Shown: positions 1 to 10,194, numbered from the stretch's first letter. The stretch is 64,000 nucleotides of DNA from Candidatus Falkowbacteria bacterium RIFOXYD12_FULL_34_57 (GCA_001780285.1 MFGN01000017.1:37687-101686), one strand, 5' to 3'. Numbers and translations are program-made. Notes: a model not told the origin generated them from the letters alone.

Positions 1-1
1 G

Positions 2-199
2 ACAAAAGAAAAAATTGATCAAGAAATCCTTGAATTAGCGAAAACCTCATACAAAAAAGCTGAGTACATATTAAATCAAAACAAAGAATTATTAAATGAA
101 ATAGCTGAGGTGCTAATTAAAAAAGAAACTATTACCGGAAAAGAATTGGATGAAATTATCCGTAAATCTGTTCCCGATTTTGAAAAAATCCATGAATAA
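2..199 (+). CDS. ftsH: ATP-dependent zinc metalloprotease FtsH, C-terminal fragment (gene begins upstream of window)
   Basis: Frame open from window edge to TAA 197-199; translation ...AEYILNQNKELLNEIAEVLIKKETITGKELDEIIRKSV resembles the conserved helical C-terminal tail of FtsH; absent from ORF track because no start lies inside the window. Confidence 0.5.
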   Translation, partial: TKEKIDQEILELAKTSYKKAEYILNQNKELLNEIAEVLIKKETITGKELDEIIRKSVPDFEKIHE

Positions 200-207
200 A
201 ACAATGA

Positions 208-249
208 AAGAGCCGTCTTTGAAAAAATACGGCTCTTTAAATATTTTGC
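208..249. terminator. Bidirectional rho-independent terminator between convergent ftsH and mnmA
   Basis: Perfect 9-bp stem aagagccgt (208-216) / acggctctt (229-237), 12-nt loop, U-rich tracts on both strands. Confidence 0.55.
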
Positions 250-277
250 TAAATATTTAATACTATATACCTGATAA

Positions 278-1357
278 TCACCGTATTATTCCACCGCCAA
301 GTACTTCATCCTTGTTATAAAATACCACACTCTGTCCCGGAGTTATTGCTCTTTGATCTTTGTTAAATTTTACTTCATATACCCCCCTCTTATTTTTTAA
401 TATCTCGCAGGCAACCGGTTTGTGGCGATATCTGATTACAGCCTCGCATTTGAAAGGCAATTTTGGCTCTATGCCGGAAATCCAATTTACATCTTTAGCT
501 TTTAAATTGTCGCTGAATAAACGTTTATCATCAACATCATCCACCACATAAAGCGTATTGGTCTTATAGTTCATTTTACAGGCGTAAAACGGCCCCGTAC
601 CGCCTATTTCAATACCCCTGCGCTGTCCGATAGTATATAATGGCAATCCTTTATGTTCCCCCCTTACTTTATCGTCAAAGGTCTTTATTGAACCTTTTTT
701 TAATTTTAAATATTTCTCCAAAAATTTATTATGGCTCTTGCCGGTAATAAAGCAGATTTCCTGGCTCTCGCTTTTCTGTGCCACCGGCAATCCGGCTTTC
801 TCTGCCATTTGCCGCACTTTATCCTTTGTATATTTGCCTAGTGGGAATATTAAACGCTGAAGCCGCTCTTGATTTAAAGTATATAAAAAATAACTTTGAT
901 CTTTATTTTCATCTTTTCCCCTATATAATTTAAATTCTTCCTTATGCTTTTCATTTGAAACATAATGCCCGCTCGCCACATAATCAAATCCCAATTCCCG
1001 TGCTTTCTTAATTAATAATCCCAATTTTACAAATCTATTACATTGCACACAGGGGTTGGGGGTGTTGCCGCGCGCATATTCAGATAAAAAATTATCCACT
1101 ACATTCTCTTTAAACTCTTCAGAAAAGTTCGTGGTGTACAAAGGCATGCCAATCTTTCGGCAAACACGGCGCGCATCCATCAAAGCCTCAAGAGAACAGC
1201 ATTTATTTTCTATTCGCCCACCACCCCCCATGTCAGAATCTTTCCAAAAATGCAAAAAAACACCAATTAATTCGTGTCCTTGTTTCTTTAAAATGTGAGC
1301 CGCTACCGACGAATCAACTCCGCCGGACATAGCAACAATAATTTTTTTCTTTCGCAT
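278..1357 (-). CDS. mnmA: tRNA-specific 2-thiouridylase MnmA
   Basis: PP-loop SGGVDSS at N-terminus, conserved Cys pair region, full-length similarity to MnmA/TrmU; TGA stop at 278-280. Confidence 0.9.
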   Translation of the reverse strand: MRKKKIIVAMSGGVDSSVAAHILKKQGHELIGVFLHFWKDSDMGGGGRIENKCCSLEALMDARRVCRKIGMPLYTTNFSEEFKENVVDNFLSEYARGNTPNPCVQCNRFVKLGLLIKKARELGFDYVASGHYVSNEKHKEEFKLYRGKDENKDQSYFLYTLNQERLQRLIFPLGKYTKDKVRQMAEKAGLPVAQKSESQEICFITGKSHNKFLEKYLKLKKGSIKTFDDKVRGEHKGLPLYTIGQRRGIEIGGTGPFYACKMNYKTNTLYVVDDVDDKRLFSDNLKAKDVNWISGIEPKLPFKCEAVIRYRHKPVACEILKNKRGVYEVKFNKDQRAITPGQSVVFYNKDEVLGGGIIR

Positions 1358-1392
1358 TTTTGTCCTAACACGGGTATCTCATAGACTATAAT

Positions 1393-2790
1393 TTATACTA
1401 TAAAAATATTAACAATTCCCGATTCTAAATAATTAAATTTAAAATATATCAGACTGGTTATAAAAACTATCACGAGCATAGTTTGTAATATCGCGCCTTT
1501 GTGCTGTACTTCTATCCTCACCACGATATTTACAAATAGGGCTAGTGTCATAAAAATCAGAGCTCCAATAAATATGTTTTGCGCATATTTAGAAATTTTA
1601 GCCACTACCATGACTCGATTATCTCCAATATTCTCCACCTTCCTGATCACCACCTCTTTGTCTTGTTCCAATTCTACATTAGGACTCACATCAGACATAA
1701 CAACAGCTTCTTGATTCTCTAAAATTAATTCCTGTTCAATTTGAGGTATGCCGGTCACACCCCCTATGCCCTGAATTTCTATCGGGTTAACATCTTTTTC
1801 GATTATAGTTGGATTGCTGGTTACAGAATTAACCACACCCTGATCCAAAACCGCGATTTTTTCAGGAACTATTTCTTCTTTTTTTGGCTCTACTGGCTTA
1901 ACCTCTTGTTTTGTTTCGTTTTTTTCTTCCGGCTTATATTCTTCTTTTGGTTCCCCCCTGTCTTGTATGGACTTTTCAACCTCTGACTGGTCCACTTTGG
2001 GCGTGGTAACTTCTCCCTGGCTCGCTAATTTGGTTTCTGTCTTTCTGGAAGCAAAAAGTTCTACTAACACATTGGTCTTTCTGCCGTCTATTTCTCCAGA
2101 AAGCATAGCAATACCCACTTCATTATATTTATCGTTTAAAATATTTTTCTTATGCGTAGGCGAATTCATTAGCGCCGCATGCACCGAATCAGCAGTGGTA
2201 AAGTTCATAGCCAGATTTTCACCCACATACAAATATTGATATTCATCCCGATTGATAAAATCCCAAGGTTTTTTACCATCCGGCGAATGATGTGCAAAAT
2301 AATTTTTATCAATCAAGTCCTGCGCTTTAGCCTGAGCTGATGCGATTAATACCGGATTTATGGTTAAGCTGCCCAAATTATTTTCCTGTCTGTCTTTATT
2401 GGTAAGTTCTAAAACTCTATTTACAACCTCTACTGACATCTTAGCTTGATAGGGGTAAATAAAAAATAAATACCCAACAACAGATATTTTTAAAATTGCT
2501 AAAACCAGGGTGATAGCGATAAGTGACCTGGGTCTAAGTATTTTAGGTTTATGATTATTTCCTTCATGCGGAATAAAAAAATCTTTGAAAATAGCGATAG
2601 AATCGCGGTAAAATTCTTTTACAGATTCTTCATGATGGGTCAGTTCTTTTACTTCTCCTCCTTCTTCCTTGCAAAAAGTTTTGAAGTTAGAAAGAAAGGT
2701 GTGTCGATTCTTAAAAAGTTTCCAAGCAAAAACAAGCAAGATAGAAAATAATATTTTAAATATATATTTTGTAAAATTATTCTTTTTCAT
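1393..2790 (-). CDS. Membrane-anchored CAP/SCP (PR-1-like) domain protein
   Basis: Central CAP-domain motifs (YFAHHSPDG..., HAALMNSPTHKKNIL..., GIAM) flanked by an N-terminal TM helix and a C-terminal pair of TM helices, with a long Lys/Glu/Pro-rich linker. Start moved to ATG 2788-2790 (MKKNNF); the track start is a TTG that overlaps an extended -10 (TGgTATAAT). Confidence 0.6.
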   Translation of the reverse strand: MKKNNFTKYIFKILFSILLVFAWKLFKNRHTFLSNFKTFCKEEGGEVKELTHHEESVKEFYRDSIAIFKDFFIPHEGNNHKPKILRPRSLIAITLVLAILKISVVGYLFFIYPYQAKMSVEVVNRVLELTNKDRQENNLGSLTINPVLIASAQAKAQDLIDKNYFAHHSPDGKKPWDFINRDEYQYLYVGENLAMNFTTADSVHAALMNSPTHKKNILNDKYNEVGIAMLSGEIDGRKTNVLVELFASRKTETKLASQGEVTTPKVDQSEVEKSIQDRGEPKEEYKPEEKNETKQEVKPVEPKKEEIVPEKIAVLDQGVVNSVTSNPTIIEKDVNPIEIQGIGGVTGIPQIEQELILENQEAVVMSDVSPNVELEQDKEVVIRKVENIGDNRVMVVAKISKYAQNIFIGALIFMTLALFVNIVVRIEVQHKGAILQTMLVIVFITSLIYFKFNYLESGIVNIFIV

Positions 2791-2808
2791 AAACTTTTGA
2801 CTAATTAT

Positions 2809-2837
2809 ATTATACCACAATTATATCACTTTTTTAA
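2809..2837 (-). promoter_or_regulatory. Putative promoter of CAP-domain gene (extended -10 TGgTATAAT)
   Basis: Minus-strand TGGTATAAT at 2817-2809, weak -35 TTAAAA 17 nt upstream; about 12-nt leader without SD. Confidence 0.35.
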
Positions 2838-2852
2838 GTTTTTGTCAATCTA

Positions 2853-2881
2853 TTGACATTTTTAAAAAAATATGGTAACAT
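2853..2881 (+). promoter_or_regulatory. Putative sigma70-type promoter for small coiled-coil protein gene
   Basis: TTGACA (2853-2858), 17-nt spacer, TAACAT (2876-2881); divergent from the CAP gene promoter. Confidence 0.35.
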
Positions 2882-2936
2882 AACAAAAATAATTTACGAT
2901 TACACTATAAAAAAATCAAAACAAAGGAGGAAAATA

Positions 2937-3146
2937 ATGATCAGCACAGAAATAGTTCAAGAAGTAGACAAGAACATTGATGACTTAAAGAGAAATATTG
3001 GTTCTATTAAGAAAAAATTTCAGCAACTCAGAGAGAACAATAAAAGCCTCAACAATCTTCACGAAGCCATGATTCAGACACACACAGACTTTCTAAAAAA
3101 AATAGAAGAGCAAATTACTTCTTATGAAGAAGAAATAGGGCGTTAA
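2937..3146 (+). CDS. Small coiled-coil protein (69 aa), unknown function
   Basis: Strong RBS AAAGGAGG (2923-2930) 6 nt upstream of ATG 2937. The track ORF starts earlier at a TTG inside the -35 box. The sequence is heptad-rich (MISTEIVQEVDKNIDDLKRNIGSIKKKFQQLREN...). Confidence 0.5.
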   Translation: MISTEIVQEVDKNIDDLKRNIGSIKKKFQQLRENNKSLNNLHEAMIQTHTDFLKKIEEQITSYEEEIGR

Positions 3147-3156
3147 AGCAAACAAA

Positions 3157-3196
3157 AGGTTCAGCTAATAAATAGCCGAACCTCTTTTTATTTTTC
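3157..3196 (+). terminator. Rho-independent terminator
   Basis: Stem aggttcagct (3157-3166) / agccgaacct (3174-3183) with one mismatch, then CTTTTTATTTTT. Confidence 0.6.
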
Positions 3197-3205
3197 AAAA
3201 AAAAT

Positions 3206-4141
3206 TTAAAATTTTTCCGGCACCCTCATTAATATTTCATCCTTTTCGGTAATAATTTTTTGTTTTATGCATTGCCAGCCCGCATCATGTGGCCAATTTT
3301 GGTTGTACCAAGAGTACTGGTCGCTGTCAGTGTTGTCCAAATTAGATTTGCGGAAATTGGCGCAAAGCTCATAAAACTCCCCTATGGCGTTATAGCCGAA
3401 TTGCTCTTTGGTTTCCGGGTCGGACAGGTTCTCATTCCTAATATAATTATATTCACCCTTGAGCGTATCCAGTGATTCCGGCAATCTGTCATAATCCCTA
3501 AAATAACTATTAATAGCGCCGTCAATTTCAGAAAAATGACTCAAAATCATACTGTCAATTTTTTTCTTTCTGGTCTCTGCGGGTGAATCTACGATAAACA
3601 AAGATAAAACAAAACAAACGATAACAATCACCAGGGAAACCACAAAATAAACCCTAACTATCTTATCCTTCTTTTTTTGCACCTCTCCCCTTTTAATATC
3701 ATAAAGATAAAAAGAAAAGATAATTGCAGAAATCAAAATAGCGGTAATGGATTTTAAAATAAATTTAATTGTAAGCTCGCCATCCAAGAAAAAATTAACA
3801 GTACCAATAAGCCAACCAATCATTACTACTGATGAAATAAAGATAATAAAATAAGTAAGCCACTTCCTAATTCCCGACTCCTTATCAAGGTTGCCTTCAA
3901 AAAGATTTTTGTTAATCAAACTCATTAATACAAAATAAATCGGAGCTGCAATAATAACTGCCGAAATAGCAAATTTTAAGGCACTGGAATCAAAACCGGT
4001 GGTGGTGGTGCTTAAAACATCGGTAATATTTTTATTGATAAACTGAAAAATAATTATACCGGTAGAGAGCGCCGTAAATATCAGAGATACCAACGACAAC
4101 ATGTAAAAAAAGGCAAATTTCGCCGCATTGTTTTTTTCCAT
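3206..4141 (-). CDS. Hypothetical polytopic membrane protein with C-terminal soluble domain
   Basis: About 6 predicted TM helices in the N-terminal 190 aa, polar C-terminal 120 aa; no recognisable family. Confidence 0.45.
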   Translation of the reverse strand: MEKNNAAKFAFFYMLSLVSLIFTALSTGIIIFQFINKNITDVLSTTTTGFDSSALKFAISAVIIAAPIYFVLMSLINKNLFEGNLDKESGIRKWLTYFIIFISSVVMIGWLIGTVNFFLDGELTIKFILKSITAILISAIIFSFYLYDIKRGEVQKKKDKIVRVYFVVSLVIVIVCFVLSLFIVDSPAETRKKKIDSMILSHFSEIDGAINSYFRDYDRLPESLDTLKGEYNYIRNENLSDPETKEQFGYNAIGEFYELCANFRKSNLDNTDSDQYSWYNQNWPHDAGWQCIKQKIITEKDEILMRVPEKF

Positions 4142-4159
4142 AAAATTTATTTTAAATAA

Positions 4160-4468
4160 TTAAACCATAAAATCCATGATTCTTTTTTCTTTAATGATTT
4201 TTTCAATCGAATCATCACCAGGAAAGTCATATTTTGGATATCCATCACAGGAGGTACTGCCGACCAAAATATGATACATTTGATAATCATTAAAATCCGG
4301 GTAATCAGTTTTATAATGATTGGATATTTTTATAATTTGATTTTGAAAATCTTCAAATTTTGTCTCACCCACCAAATCCTTTAAAACACACCTTAATTCT
4401 TTCCTTAATTCTTTACTTTCTTCATTCTCAAAAAACTTATTTTGATTTTCTTGTTTTTCAATACCCAT
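4160..4468 (-). CDS. Hypothetical protein (102 aa)
   Basis: ORF in same orientation and tightly spaced with upstream gene; no recognisable motifs. Confidence 0.35.
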   Translation of the reverse strand: MGIEKQENQNKFFENEESKELRKELRCVLKDLVGETKFEDFQNQIIKISNHYKTDYPDFNDYQMYHILVGSTSCDGYPKYDFPGDDSIEKIIKEKRIMDFMV

Positions 4469-4592
4469 AAATTAGCCTTAAATTTGTATAATATTATTAT
4501 AATACTTTTTCGCACACTTATCAATTTACAAAAAAGCATAAAATATGTTATAATAGAAACAGTTAAAAGTCCATAAAGTTTATACTAACTCA

Positions 4593-5735
4593 ATGTTTAT
4601 ATCTAAAATTTCCGAACAATCATTTGGCCTTGATATATCCGATCTCTCCTTAAAGGTTGTTCAGCTTGTAAAAAACAAAAATAAAATTAATATACAGGCC
4701 CTGGGTCAAGTTAATCTACCCAAGGGCGTTATTGATAATGGTATAATAAAAGACAAAGAAATAGTTTTGGAAAATTTAAAAAAATTAATAAACAAGCCAA
4801 AACTTGGTTTTATTGATACTGATAGTGTCGTGGCTTGTCTTCCTGAAACCAAAACATATATAAAGTTAATAGAAATTAATAAAAATCCAAACAATATAAA
4901 TGATATTATTCAAACTGAAATCGAAAAGAATATTCCAATCTCCGTAGATGATATGTATTATGATTGGCAGATTATTAATAAACTAGAAAACCAAGATTTG
5001 GTGTTGATAGGAGCAGCCCCAAAAAATATTGTTAACAGTCATATTGATTTGTTAAAATCAGCCGGACTTTCCATTTCCGCCCTAGAGGTTGAATCCATGG
5101 CAATCTGCCGCAGCCTATTAACGGAAGAGGGGTTTAAAACATCAGAAGAATCTAAAAATAATTACTGTATTATTGATATTGGCGCTAAAAGATCCAGTTT
5201 AATAATTTATTCCAAAGATACTATTGTTTTGTCTGTTAGTATTCCCATATCTGGCGATGAGGCCACAGAAAAAATTGCCGAGACCCTGGAAATCAAAAAA
5301 GATCAAGCGGAGAAAGCAAAGATTATATGCGGTCTGGACAAAACAAAGGCACAAGGAGTGGTTAATAAAATATTATCCGGAATGATAAACGACTTAACCG
5401 ATAAAATTAAAAATTCTATGGATTTTTATATAGAAAACCATGAACACTACGGACCAATTAATAAAATTATTCTTTGCGGTGGCGGATCAAACATAAAAGA
5501 ACTTGATCAAATTATTAATAAATCAATAGGAATAGAAACCATTCTTGGTAACCCCTTAACCCACCTAAACCCCGAAAGCGTAGAAATATTTAAAAAAATA
5601 GAAGAAAAACACAATCTTAAAGATCAGGCAATAAATAATTCTAATAATTCTCTATCTACAAATCAAAGCATGAATCTTTCTTATACTACCGCCGTTGGGC
5701 TGGCACTGAGAGATATATTTATAGCGGATAATTAA
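4593..5735 (+). CDS. pilM: Type IV pilus assembly protein PilM (actin-like ATPase fold)
   Basis: N-terminal FGLDI...LKVVQL motif and two actin-like phosphate-binding segments (IIDIGAKRSSLIIY; ILCGGGSN); first gene of a pilM-N-O arrangement. Confidence 0.8.
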   Translation: MFISKISEQSFGLDISDLSLKVVQLVKNKNKINIQALGQVNLPKGVIDNGIIKDKEIVLENLKKLINKPKLGFIDTDSVVACLPETKTYIKLIEINKNPNNINDIIQTEIEKNIPISVDDMYYDWQIINKLENQDLVLIGAAPKNIVNSHIDLLKSAGLSISALEVESMAICRSLLTEEGFKTSEESKNNYCIIDIGAKRSSLIIYSKDTIVLSVSIPISGDEATEKIAETLEIKKDQAEKAKIICGLDKTKAQGVVNKILSGMINDLTDKIKNSMDFYIENHEHYGPINKIILCGGGSNIKELDQIINKSIGIETILGNPLTHLNPESVEIFKKIEEKHNLKDQAINNSNNSLSTNQSMNLSYTTAVGLALRDIFIADN

Positions 5736-5743
5736 TATTTAAT

Positions 5744-6286
5744 ATGTTAAAACTAAACATACTTCCAAGCTCCATCAAAACTGAAAAAAAAATATTTTCT
5801 TTTTATGCATCACTGAAAACATTTATGTATATTGGCTTGATTATTGTTTCTGTCTTTGCGATAATTTTTTTAATTTTAATGATAATACTTGAAATACATT
5901 TTACAAGCACTGTTTTTCAAACAAGCGGAGTTATTAAAAAAGCAGAAAATTTCAGTAAAAAGATATTTGAAATAAACCAACAAATCAACAATGTGTCCGA
6001 AATACAACAAGACTCAATCCATTGGACTGCTTTTTTTATATTTTTATCAGAAAATACTCCCAATGAAATCAAGTTTAATCAGATTAAAATTGACAAAGAA
6101 AATAATTCAATCAGATTAACAGGAAGAGCGGAAACAAGAGAAAAACTAATTGAATTTAAGGAGGTTTTAGAAAAATCAAAATTCATGGAAAATGTTGACT
6201 TTCCGATAAAAAATTTATTTGAAAAAAATAATATAAGTTTTGATATTGGGGCAAAATTTAAATCCTATGAATTTACAAACAATTAA
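5744..6286 (+). CDS. pilN: Type IV pilus assembly protein PilN-like (bitopic)
   Basis: N-terminal KLNILP motif followed by one TM helix, size and position immediately after pilM. Confidence 0.6.
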   Translation: MLKLNILPSSIKTEKKIFSFYASLKTFMYIGLIIVSVFAIIFLILMIILEIHFTSTVFQTSGVIKKAENFSKKIFEINQQINNVSEIQQDSIHWTAFFIFLSENTPNEIKFNQIKIDKENNSIRLTGRAETREKLIEFKEVLEKSKFMENVDFPIKNLFEKNNISFDIGAKFKSYEFTNN

Positions 6287-6287
6287 A

Positions 6288-6869
6288 ATGAATACCAAAC
6301 AAAAAATCATAGCAATCATACTAATTGTTTCTTTAATTTGTCTTGTTATTGTTTATTTCATTATAATACCCACCACCGAAAATATAAAAAAAATAAAAAA
6401 TGAAATATTGACCCAAAAAATAAATTTTGAAAAAAATTTAGACCAAAACAAAAATATTACACAAATCACCGAGCAACTCAAAATCATCGAGCCAGAATTA
6501 AAAAAATTTAACAATATCTTTATCAACCAAAGCCAAGAACTTGAATTTATCACCATCCTTGAAGGAATTGCCAATCAAAATAAAATGGTTCAAAAAATAA
6601 ATCTTGCTCCCGGACAAAATAAAAAGAACTATCAAATCACAAAATTAAATATTAGCCTGTCTGGCAGCTTTTTGAATTTAATAAACTATCTATCTGATAT
6701 TGAAGCACTGGATTACTATATAAATATCTACTCAATTGATATCAACAAAGGACAAAGCACGAGAACCACGGAATACGCAGAATACCCAGATCAAAAAGAT
6801 GCAAATCTTAACATCAAAATAATAGCTGACACTTATTGGCAACAAAATTATGAACAAACCACAAATTAA
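6288..6869 (+). CDS. pilO: Type IV pilus assembly protein PilO-like (bitopic, coiled-coil)
   Basis: Start moved to ATG 6288, one nt after the pilN stop. Single N-terminal TM plus coiled-coil region, third position in the pilMNO arrangement. Confidence 0.5.
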   Translation: MNTKQKIIAIILIVSLICLVIVYFIIIPTTENIKKIKNEILTQKINFEKNLDQNKNITQITEQLKIIEPELKKFNNIFINQSQELEFITILEGIANQNKMVQKINLAPGQNKKNYQITKLNISLSGSFLNLINYLSDIEALDYYINIYSIDINKGQSTRTTEYAEYPDQKDANLNIKIIADTYWQQNYEQTTN

Positions 6870-7110
6870 TAAAAAAAATATATTTAGAATTTTTTATCTC
6901 GTGATAATAATAATTAATATTGTGTTTTTGTTTTTTTTAAAGTCTTTTATTGAAGAGCATGTATATAGTGCTATGGTATTGGATAGTAATTATCTTCTGC
7001 AAAATAAAAAAACAAACCTAATAGACGAAAAAAGGTTTGAGAATGCCTTAGAGAATTTAAAACAAAAAAAGACTGCCGAAAAATTAAACATAAAAGACAT
7101 CTTTAATTAA
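6850..7110 (+). CDS. Small bitopic membrane protein at end of pilMNO operon (possible PilP-like or accessory)
   Basis: 86 aa, one TM helix, overlaps pilO end by 20 nt. Confidence 0.3.
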   Translation: MNKPQINKKNIFRIFYLVIIIINIVFLFFLKSFIEEHVYSAMVLDSNYLLQNKKTNLIDEKRFENALENLKQKKTAEKLNIKDIFN

Positions 7111-8230
7111 TTAAATTCATTAATTTATCCATATATTGATTTGTGTCTTGTATAAACCTTCCGCGCCCCAATACTTTCTGGGGATTTTTTATTGCTAATC
7201 TCATTTTTTCCACCAAATCCACCGCATCTCCCGCCTGAAATAATGTACCTCCATAATTACTTATTAAACCCAAATTTCCTCCTATATTTGAAGCAATCAC
7301 CGGCACTCCCGCGGCAAATGCCTCGTAAATAACTGTTGGCGAGTTTTCATAACATAAAGATGGTAGCACCAAACAATCTGCACTGGTTAAAAATTTTACG
7401 GTCTCTTCATTGCTTTTTTTTCCCATAACAACAATATCTTTGTATATTTTTGTCATCTCTTCAACAATTTTTAATTTTGTCCCCTCGCCAATTATTATTA
7501 ATTGACTTTTTTTATTTTTTATATTTTTGAAAGCATTGATTAGCAAGAATATTCCTTTATGATTCTCTATTTGTCCAATAAATACAAAACGAAAAACATC
7601 ATCTTCTTTTCTGTGGCTCTCATAAATTCTCTTGCTCATCGGATTCAACATTACGACAGACTTTGTGTTTTTAAAAAAATTTCTTTTTTGATGTTCGATT
7701 AAAAGCCAAGAAGACGGTGATATGACTATTGGAGTAAAGGAAAACAAAAATCTAGTAAAACACTGATAAGCTTTCGCCCAAAAAGAATTAGTTATATTTT
7801 CGTGCAAAAAGTATATAAGCCCGGAAGGGTGCAATAATTGTATATCATGCAGGGTGTGTATGTGTCTTATCTTTAAAATTTTAATTAAAGCGGGCAATAA
7901 ATAACTAATTCCTTTTAGGTTGTGCGTTAATACCAAATCGGGTTTTGTTTTATGCAGTATGAAATAAATTTTTATACAGGAAAACACATCTAATGTATCA
8001 TAAAAATGCCAAAATAAACGAAAAATTTTGGGAAATTTTTCCAAATTATAGTACGAAGAGTGAATATAATAAATCTTTTTATCTTTTTTATTTTTTTTCC
8101 AAAATGGCTTAGTGGAAATCAAAAAAACATCGTGCTTGCACGATAATTCATCTAAAATAATATCTACAATCTGTTCGGCGCCACCCTTGTTGTAAGGTTT
8201 ATATAAATTATTTATAACACAAACCCTCAT
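7103..8230 (-). CDS. Glycosyltransferase family 4 (GT-B, GT1 superfamily)
   Basis: C-terminal EX7E-type motif region ENSPTVIYEAFAAGVPVIASNIGG. Confidence 0.8.
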   Translation of the reverse strand: MRVCVINNLYKPYNKGGAEQIVDIILDELSCKHDVFLISTKPFWKKNKKDKKIYYIHSSYYNLEKFPKIFRLFWHFYDTLDVFSCIKIYFILHKTKPDLVLTHNLKGISYLLPALIKILKIRHIHTLHDIQLLHPSGLIYFLHENITNSFWAKAYQCFTRFLFSFTPIVISPSSWLLIEHQKRNFFKNTKSVVMLNPMSKRIYESHRKEDDVFRFVFIGQIENHKGIFLLINAFKNIKNKKSQLIIIGEGTKLKIVEEMTKIYKDIVVMGKKSNEETVKFLTSADCLVLPSLCYENSPTVIYEAFAAGVPVIASNIGGNLGLISNYGGTLFQAGDAVDLVEKMRLAIKNPQKVLGRGRFIQDTNQYMDKLMNLIN

Positions 8231-9335
8231 ATAAATTTTCTAATTTCTTAGCTATTAACATCCAGTTATATTTTTCTTCTACCAAAATTCTTCCTCGTTC
8301 TCCCATTTCCATAATTAATTTATCATTTTCTAAAATCTTTATAATCTTATTCTTTAAATCTTTCTTGTCTCCCGGGGCAGCAAAGAACCCCTGTCGACCA
8401 TCTTCAAAAACAGTCCTAACCCCCGGCAAGCTAGAGGCGATAACAGGTACTCCGCTAGCCATTGCTTCCAACAAAACTAAACCGAAAGCTTCGCTTTTAT
8501 CAATTGACGGTAAAATCAATAAATCAGCTTGATTGTATATATCGGGCAATGCATCATTTGATATGTCTCCAAGAAAACAAACATTGTTTCCAATACCCAG
8601 TTCTTCTGTTTCTCTTCTATATTTATTTTTAAAATTTCCACTACCCACAACATCCAAACCCCAACCAAATCCATCTAATTTTATATCGGCTAACGCCTTA
8701 AACAGAACACTTAAACCCTTAAAATAATGCGCTCTGTCCAAACCGCCTACAAATAAAATTTTTTTGGTATTTTCTGTTTTTTTATTTTTTTGAACCCGAA
8801 ATTTATCCAAATCAACACCAAAGGGAATCTCATAAAATTTATTTTCATGTTCTTTGTATATTCCTTTTATTGAGCTATTTTTTATATAATCTTTACTTGC
8901 ACATGTAATCGCATCCGCCATTTCAAATAATGAATTAAATATAAGTTTGGACGGGATGCTTAATATCCTTGCCAGATCAGATAAATCAAAAACATCCATG
9001 TGATAATGGATAACTAGCTTATTTTTTTTATTTATTTTTTTATAAAGCCACACAATTTCCGCTCCGCCAAAAAAGGGATAATGTAAATGAATAATATCAA
9101 AATTTTTCAATTTAAATAATAATTCAGGGACAAACGCACCATTACCGAATCTGCCAAAAGTTTTTATTTTTTCTATATCAACCTCATGTTTAATTTGATT
9201 TTTTTGGTGATAATCCGGAGTAAACACCGTAACTTCGTGCCCTAAATTTTTTAAATTAAGGGCAAAATTCTGACAAACATTACCAATCCCCCCTTTATAC
9301 GGCGGGTAAACACAAACAATTTGAGCAATTTTCAT
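8208..9335 (-). CDS. Glycosyltransferase family 4 (GT-B)
   Basis: Motif SEAFGLVLLEAMASGVPVIAS typical of GT4 retaining transferases. Confidence 0.8.
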   Translation of the reverse strand: MKIAQIVCVYPPYKGGIGNVCQNFALNLKNLGHEVTVFTPDYHQKNQIKHEVDIEKIKTFGRFGNGAFVPELLFKLKNFDIIHLHYPFFGGAEIVWLYKKINKKNKLVIHYHMDVFDLSDLARILSIPSKLIFNSLFEMADAITCASKDYIKNSSIKGIYKEHENKFYEIPFGVDLDKFRVQKNKKTENTKKILFVGGLDRAHYFKGLSVLFKALADIKLDGFGWGLDVVGSGNFKNKYRRETEELGIGNNVCFLGDISNDALPDIYNQADLLILPSIDKSEAFGLVLLEAMASGVPVIASSLPGVRTVFEDGRQGFFAAPGDKKDLKNKIIKILENDKLIMEMGERGRILVEEKYNWMLIAKKLENLYEGLCYK

Positions 9336-9393
9336 AATACCTTTTGTAAAATAAGCTTTCTTAACGAAATTTTAATATTTTGCGAAAATTTTA

Positions 9394-9816
9394 TTACTTA
9401 GCTTTATTGAAAAACAATGTATGCCAAAAGAAAGCGAGTGAAAACACCACTAATGCCTGAAAAAAATCCAGATGAGTCACCTCACCCCCAAAATAAGCTA
9501 TAATAATAATTAATATTGGAAGTAAAAAAACAATTATTTCACTCACGGTTTTATCCCACATTGTCAAATAAAAAATAAACATTCTATCCATAAATCTTTC
9601 TCCGTTTTCAACCATCTTTTTAATTTTTTGCAGATAAATATTTAATCTAACAAAAAATAAAATACCAAAAAAAGATGCTTGTCCTGCAAACTTCATCAAT
9701 TTAGTTGCTGCTTCAAAACGATCTCCCAAAATAATATAATAAATAAAAAAAGCAACTAAGGCTATAAAAAAAACAAAATTAATAAAATCCAAAATAAAAA
9801 ATTTTGCCTTCATCAT
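9394..9816 (-). CDS. Small 4-TM membrane protein (possibly GtrA-like)
   Basis: 140 aa, four predicted TM helices, embedded in glycan cluster. Confidence 0.35.
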   Translation of the reverse strand: MMKAKFFILDFINFVFFIALVAFFIYYIILGDRFEAATKLMKFAGQASFFGILFFVRLNIYLQKIKKMVENGERFMDRMFIFYLTMWDKTVSEIIVFLLPILIIIIAYFGGEVTHLDFFQALVVFSLAFFWHTLFFNKAK

Positions 9817-9873
9817 AATTTTAATATAATACGATCCTAAAAATTAAAATATTAATATAGTAAACTCGCATTT

Positions 9874-10194
9874 TTACTTTTTTAATGCTATTTCCCTAAT
9901 AATTTTTGTAATATTTTTTTCTTGTTTTTCTATCTTTAAACGCAATTTAAAAATCAAAGAAAACAAAACAATGATGCCAATATAAAGAAGGAGGTCTATG
10001 CCTGTGCTCGAAAAACCTAAACCGGCCACAATTCTGTCTATGTGCTTTAAAAATATTATTGCGAATCCGGCCGAAATCCAAAAAATAAGCCAAAATGCAA
10101 ATTCATTCACATTAATCTTGTTTTGTTTTTTTTCTAAAAATAATTTTATTATAAAATAAAGTATTACGAAAAGTGCTATAATTTGTTGAAACAT
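9874..10194 (-). CDS. DUF2304-family small membrane protein
   Basis: About 105 aa, 3 TM helices, characteristic pairing immediately downstream of a GT2 gene. Start moved to internal ATG (MFQQII) that follows the GT2 stop. Confidence 0.55.
   Translation of the reverse strand: MFQQIIALFVILYFIIKLFLEKKQNKINVNEFAFWLIFWISAGFAIIFLKHIDRIVAGLGFSSTGIDLLLYIGIIVLFSLIFKLRLKIEKQEKNITKIIREIALKK

Noticed and set aside
360-551. Short plus-strand ORFs (360-551, 1056-1298) antisense inside mnmA
   Set aside because: Fully embedded in a well-supported gene on the other strand; no motifs; typical antisense noise
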